Source: Klebsormidium nitens (lineage: Eukaryota; Plantae; Klebsormidiophyceae). Taken from it: a DNA stretch of 64,000 bases. A program made the translations under genes and the position numbers. Shown here piece by piece: positions 37,240 through 47,600 of the stretch. Below the pieces are notes generated by a model. It was not told the origin of the DNA, ran no database searches, and worked only from the letters and a program-made list of their open reading frames with translations. Each line of letters starts with the position of its first letter. The first letter of the stretch is position 1. Location: NCBI GenBank assembly GCA_000708835.1, contig DF237049.1:124001-188000 (forward strand), written 5' to 3'.

Positions 37240-38523
37240 CCCGGTATGGACCGTCCACAGGGCCAGCGACACGGCCAGGACGAACGTGCGCGAAGTGCCC
37301 CTCCTCTTCTAGTTCTCTCTCTCTAAGACAAGCAGCAAACAGCGGACGGGCACGATTGACTTGCAACACGAGGGGATTTTTGAGCCCGGCGCTTCTTCAG
37401 CCCTGCGCTGCCATCAAAGAGGAGCGCTCAGGTTGTGACTGTTCGTTGAGGAGATACAAAAAACTCTGTATGTCTTCAGGCAAGCAGGACCCACCCTGGC
37501 GTCGTTCTCATTTACGCTCGCAGGATGATGTGAGAAATGAAACATCACCTTGGCGCATCAGTTCCAGAGTACCTAGAACGAAACTCTTCCTCTGTAAGTC
37601 TGCGTTTTATGGAAGTGAGGCTTCCCGGCCGTCCCCCGTTTTCCCTGCACTGTCCTGTGCCAGCGTTCATGCGCGCCATCCCTGATGTTCCCTGGACAGG
37701 CTTCCTTGGGTCATGCTCGAACAGCTGCCTATGCCCGCTAGAATCACCTTTCTCTTAACTCTCAATTTCGCCTCCGGCTGTTCGTCTCTCCACCATGACA
37801 TACACCAGAGTACAAGCAAGGCGCTGGACTCTTCTCAGGGTCGCCACGTCACCGGCTTGACCCAGTGTCCTCATGCATCGTCGGCCTGAGCCCCCAGCCT
37901 GGATGTTCTGGCACCCGACTTCGACGAACTTTCAGTGCTGGAGGGGACGTAGAAAGGTACGGCATACCTATGGCAAAGTCGAACCGCGCACCGTCCCCTC
38001 CAAGCAGTCTTGTCGGACGGCGCGCAAATAGAAACCGAGAAAGTCAATGCGGAAGGTCAGTCTGTTTTAGTGTCGTCGCAGGGGCGCCGCTTTCTGTGAG
38101 CTGCTAGGTAGGCAGCTCTCTGCCTCGGATCTTTTCAGATTCAGAATAGCTTACGCATCCGGAAGCTGCAGGCCAGGGCCCCATTGCATTGAATGCCTGA
38201 GTAGGCATCAGGCGCAGCGGACGTTATTGCACCAGATGAGCGCGCCGCACCCACCATCCAGAGCAACATTCAGAAAGCAGTCCGGTTTTGATGAAAGAGA
38301 AGAGTGACGCAAAGCCACGATGAGGTCGAAGTTTGGCATGACTGAAAGCAGGTTCTCCGCGCTCCATTACTTGTGAGCATTTTGCCACCGGCTGAAGCAA
38401 CCTCCTTCAGAAGCAAAGGACGGCGCTTTTCTTCCGCGAGCAATATTGAGTCAGAAATCTGTGTACGTTGCTGTCTGTGAAAGTATTTCAACGCATAGGC
38501 GTCTGGAAGTTTTTGAGTTGTCG

Positions 38524-40340
38524 ATGGCAGATGACGAGCGGCGGCCGCGGCGGCGCAAGGTGACGGCCTGGAACATTTTTAGCCCCCTGCTGCGCTTCTT
38601 TCAGCTGGCGACCCTCATCTGCTCTTTCAGGTAAGGCGAACGCTCCGTCTATGAAAACGAGGTCCAAGAAAAGAACAAGTGAGTTTCTATCATTTCTCTA
38701 GAACTTAGGCCTATGCTGCAGCGTGGTATGAAACGGGCCGCAAGGAAGTGGCGATAGGGCACGGGGAGGCAGCCCAATAATCTGCTATTCATTGCTGCCC
38801 GGGGCAACAGCAATTAGGTCACATGCTCTTCAAAAGAAAACCTCAACAGGACTTGTAGCCTTTTCTACCGCAATTTTGACTGCACGCTCGCTTGAAAGAG
38901 GATTCGATGCAAGATTTCAGTGCTCCAAGTTTACCCACAATCTGCAAACCATCCCCTTCGCCAGGAATCCTCTTCACTTCTTCACGCAGACCATTTTAAA
39001 TGCTTTCGGTCTCCCCTTAAAAAAAATCGCCTCCTTTCCCCGGAACAAGTGCGCGCTCTCTCTTCAGCACCTCACCCCCCTTCTTCTCTTTTGCCACGCC
39101 GCAGCGTGCTGGTGCGGTCGAGCACCAACGGCATCAACTGGAGGCAGTACCAGGGCTTCAAGTTTCTGCTGTCCGGCACAGTCATCGCCGCCTTCTGGGC
39201 GCTCTGCATGCTTATCTACGACCTCTTCCGCCTCTGCCTCGGCCGGGGCCTCCCCGGCCTGGGGGCACTCGCCCTCGTCGTCCTCGGAGAATGGGTGAGC
39301 CACTCACTACCCTTTATTGTCAGAGAGTGGATCATTTGGTTCAACTTCTTTGTTCCAAGAGCTGCTCGCATCTCCAGCGAACCGGATTGCAGCAGAGAGT
39401 GAGCGGCGCGAAGGAAGGGGAGCTGTCAGCTCCGGCCTCAAGGCATTTTCCGACGCTCGAAACTGGGCTATCTGAGGCTTCGTATTTCTTTTCTGCCAGT
39501 TGTCGGCCCCCACTGGTAGACGTAAACGAACTATAACGTAACAAGCTCAAAGCGAGTCGATCCTGTCGCTTCTTTACCCGCACACCATCTCCAGCGATTC
39601 TGCTTCTCATGTTGCCTGCTTGCATACTGGCGCCCCATCGATTGACCCCCGTCTCCGTGGTGGCAGATCGCTCTTCTGATGACATACGGCGCGGGGTGCG
39701 CGGGCGCGGGGCTGACGACGTTCAACGACGAGGGCGCGTTCCCGTTCCGTCAGGCCGCCTGCGAGGGCTCCACCCCCTTCAACAGCTTCTGCGCGCGCAC
39801 GAAGGCCTCCGTCGCTGTGAGTGCCCTCCCTTCACATGAGTGGCCTCCCCTCAACCGGAATCTGTGCACAGAACATGGTCCAAATTTGCCTTTCCCTGCT
39901 CATCCACCTGCCGTCCTCCACTTACGCTACTACGTAACAACCCGTAAAAGAGGGAAAAGGGCCACACGGCACCTATCCCTATTGCAGACTGTGGTTCCCG
40001 CAGGGCACGGCGACGCGGAACATTTCGTTCTGCCCCTGGGTCTAACGACGCCCTTGTCAGACAACGTGAAATGAGTTTGTACTCTTGCTTCAAGCCTCGT
40101 TCTCCTGACCGAATTATGCGATTGGGTTGCCTGTGGCTCGCCTTAATACATTATTTTGGCACCTAGTATGAACTCTTAATGATATACTGAGAGATTCGCA
40201 CTTCTTCTTTGCAGCTGGCTTTCATCGCCTTCTTCTTCTTCCTTCCCTCCGTGGTCTGGTCGTCATCCAAGCTGGCCTACAAATGCGCCGAAAGGAGAAT
40301 AATTCCCGAGGACAAGGGCAAAGCAGTCGAGATGGCGTAG
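38524..40340 (+). CDS. CASPL: CASP-like (MARVEL/DUF588) four-TM protein B
   Basis: Exons 38524-38630, 39105-39294, 39667-39816, 40215-40340, all in phase. Motifs: LLRFFQLATLICSFSVL, FKFLLSGTVIAAFWAL, LGEWIALLMTYGAGCAGAGLTTFND, AC..FNSFCARTKASVALAFIAF. Confidence 0.82.
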
Positions 40341-41824
40341 GCGAAGGCTATCTGGCAAATTAGCCGACAGAGATTGTTTGATCAAGTCTGCATAACACGC
40401 ATGACTAAATGCGTCAAGCCCGGCCCAGACGTTCGGACTCCACGTATTCAAGAACGTCAACTGGCTTGGGTTAGCTGTTGGCAGGATGACCCGTCTGTAA
40501 CGATTGCTCATCATTCTTAGTAAAGAGCAATCAACGCTGTCAATGGATCGTATCTGGCGCGCGCAAAAGCTTACATGGGTAGTGTTCGTCGCGCCACGGT
40601 GATGTCTGTGGTAGGCCAGGATGGTGACACGGCATGCCATATGACAGACCTCTTTCTCGCGCCCCCACGCTGTAAGGTGTGCGTGTGCAGCCGCCTAGCT
40701 GGTGCAGCATGTTTGAAGAGTTCATTCACCGTGTCTCTATCAGGATGTGGCGTGGTACGTCCACAATACTGTTAGCCAAGGATCGAGGCCGTTTGCAAGG
40801 ACGTGCGTGCATTGCCTTGACGGTTGCAGTATGCTGCATAACTCAGATGGGCTTCTATATCAAACGAGCAGGCCACAATGAGTCTGAAACCGTACATCAG
40901 CCGCAGACGCACGCCCAAACACAAACAACATTATAATCCGCACGTACCTTTGATAGCATCGATTTAATGCCGCCATTATCGCAATTGCAGTCCCACACCG
41001 GAAAACGTACATGCTACAATACCTATTATCAAAGTGAGCTTCTTGTCACGGTGAATTCATGTGCATACCGACTTTAGAAAATATGCACTGGCACCGTACG
41101 TGGGTACGTGGGCCGGTCGTATCCACGAGCATCAAGCGTCCCTCTTCTTCGCATCACTCAAGTCGAGGCGACAGTGAAGAATTCTGACCGATTGGCAGCT
41201 CGCCCTATTGATTTCGTCCAATCAGGACCCATGATCTTGCATTGTGAAGAGGTTGACCATGCAGTGCAGACTGCCTGAGCCCAAATAGCAGGGCGCGCGT
41301 GTCAAGGTTGCATCATTTAGAAGTCTTCCAAAATAGGAAACCCAAAGCGTTCACTTCGAGCTTATCGGTGGTCGATATATGTACAGGCAGCAACAGGTTA
41401 CAAAAGAGATCTCCCAACTTTGTCAGGCAGTACGTAAAACTCGATTCCCGTACTGCGCATGTGTAATTGTAACCTGATTGGGTTGCACCATGGGCACAGC
41501 ACAGCACAACAGCAATTCGCATCCGATAACGACTTCTCTGGAAAAAGCTTGTGCTCAACTTGCACTGGCCGTTTTCTTTCCCCCATACTTCCTGTGCCTC
41601 TCCTTCTTTTTCCTTCTAGCCAGCTGCGCTTCAGTCAACTGTCGTCCGTTTCTACTGGCTGTTGCACGCGTCTTTACCCCAGCCAACCCAGCTTCGACGA
41701 CCGGAACTTCCCCAACAACTTGCGTCGATTCCCCTTCGGCAAAAGTATCTTTGGCAGTTGTCGAGCCTCCTTCGAGACTCACGTCAGCCGGTGAGCCCAA
41801 CCCTTGCTGGAGGTGGTCACTTGG

Positions 41825-43486
41825 TCAAGCTTCAGCGCTGGTCCCCGTCCTCTTCCTGTCCGTCAACACGACCCGCAGATCGCCAACTGCCTCCCCTTGC
41901 CCCTTTTGCGGCAACTTGTCGCAGAGGTCCTCCACCTCCGCCCCTCTGCCCTGTGGAGACTTGTCCTGCCCCGACAATCGTCTCCTCTCTCTTAAAAACG
42001 CTCCATGCGGGTTGACGTCAATCTGCCGCCTCTCTACCTCCCTTGCAAACTCCAACTCAAGCGCACCGTCTTCTCCTCCGACCACTTTCACTTTTCCCTC
42101 ACCTCCCTTTCGAGTCCTCCGAGTGCCCCCAACACTCAACTCCGCAGCGCCCTCGCCCCGCCCACCTCTGTGTCTCTGCAGTGCCTGGTGCACTGCGTGC
42201 GACACCCAGGCGTCCGTTGCTGCGTACGTGACCTGCTTCTGGTCCAGGTCCTGCTCCCAGTTGCTCATGGTCACCCGCTTGTTCTTCACCCAATCCTTGC
42301 GCAGCACCGCCATCGACAGTGCGCGCAGCCCCGCCTGCCGCAGCTCTGGCCGCCCCAGCACCTCCCCCGCCAGCACCGCCAGCTCCACCGCCCCGTCGCA
42401 CTCCAGCCCGTAGTCGCGCGCCAGCTTGCGCAGGTCCTCCCGCACGCCCACGCCTGGCGGGCATCGAACGACTTCAGAATCAGAACATGCATCTTGGGGG
42501 AAGGGGGGCATGTAAGATGTCAAGCCCCAACATACCGATTTTTGGGAGCGACAATCAGAGACCATCGTGTGTGGCCATGCGTGTGGCCCCAACATGATCC
42601 CAGAGACAGAAGGAGTCTTCCAAGACTGCCAAGAGGATCTAATCCTGAACTTGGCAAACGACCCTGCCGCACATACGCTAGGCTACTTCAGAATATTGGC
42701 ACTTTCAGTCGGTTGCCTGATCTGTGAGGTTGAAATAAAACCAGCTGTCTGCACTACAGGGCAGTGATGCAATTCTGTGGTAGACAAGGGGGCGACGCGC
42801 ACCTGATAGTGCCACCTCAGGTGCGGCCAAGAGCCTCCTGAGGCCTTCTGGTATGGTGGCCATGCGCTGCATCTGAATGAGGAGGCAGTGCCGCAGCGTG
42901 GACAGCTGCAGCAGCGCCACCGGGTTCTCCCTGCCAACGGCACCACCACCATCAGCAATGGCGCACTGGGGGGTGAGATCAGCAAGCAGGATGCATCAAG
43001 GCCGCAGTCGAGACTCTTATAGCAAGCTATGGAAAGTCTGCTGAGCCTTCTCTCAGACTGGCAGCATTTCAATGGAGCCAAAAGAGAGGAACCCAGGTCC
43101 ACCACAAGAAAGGCGGCCGCGAACCTGCGCCAGCACGCCGACGCAGTTTGTCATCCAAGGTTGTGATGCAGCTACCTGGCGCCCCTCTTGAACGTTGGCT
43201 TCCACTCCACGTCCAGCCCAAAGCTCTCCGCCATGTGCGCGCTGACCCACTGCTCCACCCTCATGGCCTCGTTGGTCAGCGTCACCTCTACATCATTCTC
43301 GAGGATGCAGTACTGCTTCACAACAGTGGCCACCCGGTGGTGCTGGCTAGCACCCGCGCCATGCTCCTCTGCTTGCGCCCCCGCAGCTGCCTTCTGCCTT
43401 TTGCTGGGCCGCTTTCTCTTCATTTCTTTGACGTCTGGGCTGCAAGCTGTAACACCAGACGGGTATCGAAACAATGCAGCCGCCAT
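41825..43486 (-). CDS. DEDDy 3'-5' exonuclease (WRN-exo/WEX-like) with a disordered C-terminal tail
   Basis: Exons 43486-43176, 42930-42803, 42453-41825. ExoI GLDVEWKP, VALLQLS, ExoII VGVREDLRKL, GLRALS and SNWE, ExoIII QVTYAATDAW. All catalytic acidic residues are present. The frame stays open beyond the TGA at 41827-41825 as far as 41555. Confidence 0.85.
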
Positions 43487-44602
43487 AGAATGTGTACACA
43501 CTCTGTATGCACAGGCCCTCCAACTTTCCAATGCTCCGCGATCCGGCCTTGTATGACCTTGAATGGGCTTGAATGGGCGCTTGTGCTGTTGTTATTAGTA
43601 GGTAATTTGGTATGCGTTCAACGCGAGTATGAGGCTGGCATTGTTTGAAGTTTGAACTTTGAATCGATGTTCGAGACTTGATATTGATTCTGTCTGCACA
43701 GCCGCATATGCAGGTCCTCGGATGAAAATGATGGACGGCTGGATGCAAACCAAAAATCGCCACCAGCCATAACAAGATAACACGTCAGCATCTGAAAGAT
43801 TTTCCAAGGGGTCGGTGAGGCTTCGCTGGCCCTATGATGGCCCTGGCTGGTTTTGGGGTTTTAGGGGCGGGGACTCGGGAGTCCATGATGTCCATCGACC
43901 GAAGACTGGCTCTTTTAAGCTTACAAGGTCTTCAATGGCGCGCATGCTGATTTCTAGCACGAGTCACCGTCAAGTTGAGCTCTGCAAGATTCACACATCC
44001 GCACAGATACCGAGAACATGCACCAACGCCGGCAGCATGACATATGGTAGGTGGAGGTCGCAGAATTAATTGGCGGTTGCAATACATGCTAATATTGTGT
44101 TATCTGTGTACCTTTGGAAAAGTTGCACATGGCAGCTGTCACAGTGAACCCAGTCGTAGTCGCCCGCAGTCTTCAAGCGGCCTTTCCGTATAACATATAC
44201 AGTATAACTTTTGACTCATGAGGACGGACACACTTAATTAGCCACCGCAATTGCACCATGCAATCTCATGCCACTGTGTTGCACTTACATCGATGGGACT
44301 TTATTGCCTGCAGTCCTCAACAAGGCAAACCGCCCACCTCAAATGTCGAACATGGATGACAGCATGTTCGAAGTCTCCTTACGAAACCCAATGTTAATCG
44401 TAGCTCAAACGATAAATATATGTATGCCATGGAAGCCTATTGTCCATGTGACTAGGGCGTTTTGGAAAGAGAACATTGTCGCAGTCTTCATTGGGCCATA
44501 CGAAGGTCGATCAATACGCCTTGAGGCGACCGAAGCGTTCTGCATTGTAAAACGCAGACTGACGGTAAGTTGCAATGGGGAGGGTCTTGAGGCAATAGTA
44601 TC

Positions 44603-47600
44603 TTAGCTGGAAAGGGGGCTGTTCGTGAGTTCACTTGTATGCATTGGCCTTCTTGAATTCCCAAACTTTTTCCGGAAGTCGGCAAAGCAGCGTTCGAGGC
44701 GGGTGATGAAGGTGTCCACCTCTTCGCATGTCGACCCTATTGCAGCCGCCGCAGTCATGTACGAGTAGGGGAACCTGCAAAGCGCTTTCATCCTTTAGCG
44801 CCTCACTTGGCCGGCTCACGTCCTCTTTCCAAATGTCAAGACTAGTGTCTTATTTCATCAAGTCGGGCTGCATGTTCTTCATTCTCTCGGGACGTGCACA
44901 CAACAGCACCAAGGCACTGAATCGTGTGAAAGAATCCGTTCAATGTTCAGTCTTTCCACGCAGGAGTCGACTGTGCTTGAAGCTAATCCCCCACAGATTG
45001 TCCAATGGATATCCAAACGGTCGAAGCTTTTGAAAGAGACGAGGGCTGAGATTAACACTGTCGATCGCACTTATCCGTAGACAAAAATTGTCGGCGCCCC
45101 AGTATGTTGCTTACTTGTCGTATGACGATCCGAAGCCAGCAAAAGGGATCCCTTCGATGACTTTGTCGTCTCCCCTTGGAATGACCCGACTCCCGGAGAC
45201 GCACCTGCAAGCCCTGACCTTAGTTTGAGTACACGGGACCGCTGGTCTACGAACTCTGTTGAACCGTCAAGGCATTGTCTCTTCAGAAGCCGACACGAAA
45301 GATTCAAGACCATCAACCAGTTAAAGAGTAGAGAAGGGGAAGATACACAGGAGAAGCACGACTTTTACCCGTGTGCAGGCATTGGAGAGGGCACGTACCT
45401 GGCAAAGAGCATGGAGCCAAAGAACGTGAGCTGCGAGGACGGCTTGCGGCCTCCTCCTTGCGTGGCCGGCCTTCCGGCCCCATCTGGACCTGATGCGTCC
45501 GCGTCCCCTGGCTCCGCAGGCTCCCCTCCGGAGTCTACTCCAGCGGAAACGGAGCCCTCGTCCTCGCGTACATGCCCCGAGACCGACCCGCCTGCTTCAT
45601 CGTGTTCAGGCAGGCGCTGCCGAAGTTCTGCAGTCTCCTCGCTTGGGTGTGCGCAATCCCCGTCCTCACGCCGCAGCTGGGCTGCCTCCGTAACCCCTTG
45701 CGTGTACTCGCCAGTCGCAGCAGTGTCTCGTCCACCCACGGCCCCCTCTCGAGCGCCCTCCGGAGGAGCTGATGTCACCCCTTCCTCAGCATGGGTGTTC
45801 CCAGTGCTTCGGGCAGTTGACTCGGCTGTCACGGAAGCTGGGCCTATGTCTGAGGCGGCTGGCTGCAAAGGGACGGCACCGACAGGTTCCTGACGGTTTC
45901 CAAGTGAAACCTGTCCAGGGGCAGCAGCGGCACAGGGCTTCGTTGTGCTTTGAACCGGCTGCCGCAAGTCGAGGGTGGTGAGGGTGAGGGCCAGCGAGAT
46001 GGGGTTGTCGGGGGTGTGCAACAGCCGCTCGCCTGCACAACAGACCGCCCAAACCACAGTCAGACCCGGTGGCTGGAATCCTGACGTAGTGGTCAGAAAC
46101 CCTTTCGTGAGCTTGCTGGACACGCCCAAAACCGAGAGTAAGGGCAAAACAACTCGTTCGAACGATTACGAGGTCCGGGGTGAGCCACAGCGAGACTCTC
46201 GTTCATTCGACGTGCACATAGGGTTCGATGCTGAGTGGTCCGAGCAGACAAAGGGTCGCAGCCTTTAAAGCGCAGCCTGACCGGTGTGTGTGCACAGCTT
46301 CCTTCCAACCCAACAACCGTGCATGTGCTTGTACTCGCCCAAGATTTCGCGACAAGCAGGTCGTCAATTTGCGCACGGAGGCCCCGCTTATTGCCCGCTT
46401 AATAACAGGGCAACAGGGGTCGCACCGCTACTGCTGATAGCAAGGAGACGGAACTTGATTTATATCCGAAAGAGCTCCAGGTTAAGTTGAAGTCCGCCTA
46501 GTTACCTTGCGCTTCAGCCACGTGGGTCAGCCGCTGCTTGAGGTAGGCGTACGTCACTTCTCGATCAGCCAGGACCTTCTTCCAGCCTGGACACCCAAGT
46601 GCGCCAAAAGAGTACGGGTCAAAGGAGAGCTGGAGAAACGAAACTCTTGAGCATGTAAGTCTCGTGCTTCGAGATAAAGCAGAGAAATGGTACCGACTCA
46701 GTGCAACAAATCGCAAGTAGTCTCTCGTGAAAACGTGATCAACAAGTCAGCCTGCAAACGTCGAGATGCTAGGCTCCCCACAGCGGAGGAGAGTGGCTAA
46801 GATTCCTGGTTGTGGGTTGTGGGTTGTGAGTTCTGAAAGATACGCTGTTCAAGCGGATCTGACCTGGTTCGAACGGCGCCTATGCGGCCGGACCTTAGCT
46901 AAGAAGTGATGGGAAGCTTCGCGAAAGTCTCCGGCACCCAACGACTTGTCAGAACCTACGAACTTGATTGACTCGAAGCGTCTGCAAGTACTACAGGAGC
47001 TAATCCACCGATGACCAAGACGTCTCGACCTCTCGTGTGCTTCGACGGCATGGACCGGTGCAATTGCAGTCAACGGGATACAGAATTTGTTCCCGCCTGT
47101 CTTTCCAAGGGAGAGTAGCGTGATGAAGACATCCATGAGTGGCGACATGGATGCCCGGCCGGGGTAGGCGCGGTTCATAGCGTCCACCAGGGAACACTCG
47201 CGCGACCCAGCCGCAATCACAGCACCGCCAACCTACGCAAGGCGTGGAAGAGTGGCTTTGAGCACTTGTGATCGAAGTTGAAGCAATATCGGAGCAAGCA
47301 CTTTCTCTCAAAGAACTTCGTGTGCAGGTTTCCAATCCAGCAAACAAGTTCAATGAACCAGGTAAACAAACGGTTGTAGTCGAGCTGTTGCTCGAACGTT
47401 TGTCTCTCGATCGACGAGCTTGCAGTTGGCAGACTTACCGGGACCAGGAAGTTCTTGTCCGTGCTCTGAATGACGGCATCAACACGCCCGCGACGCCAGG
47501 CTTGGGTGATGGAGCCGCAGATCACTGCACACTGCCTCATAACTTTTTAGATGGGGACTGCAGCGCTTCACTATCTTAGGGGGCCACGTATGGCGCTATT

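Noticed and set aside
41100-41554. Possible SECIS downstream of the exonuclease UGA, including the hairpin gcagtacg...cgtactgc near 41431-41460
   Set aside because: No AUGA/GA kink-turn with an apical AA loop could be fitted by eye. SECISearch would be decisive.
41478-42413. 311-aa plus-strand ORF
   Set aside because: It is the antisense shadow of the exonuclease's purine-rich last exon: Ser/Pro/Cys-rich with no motifs.
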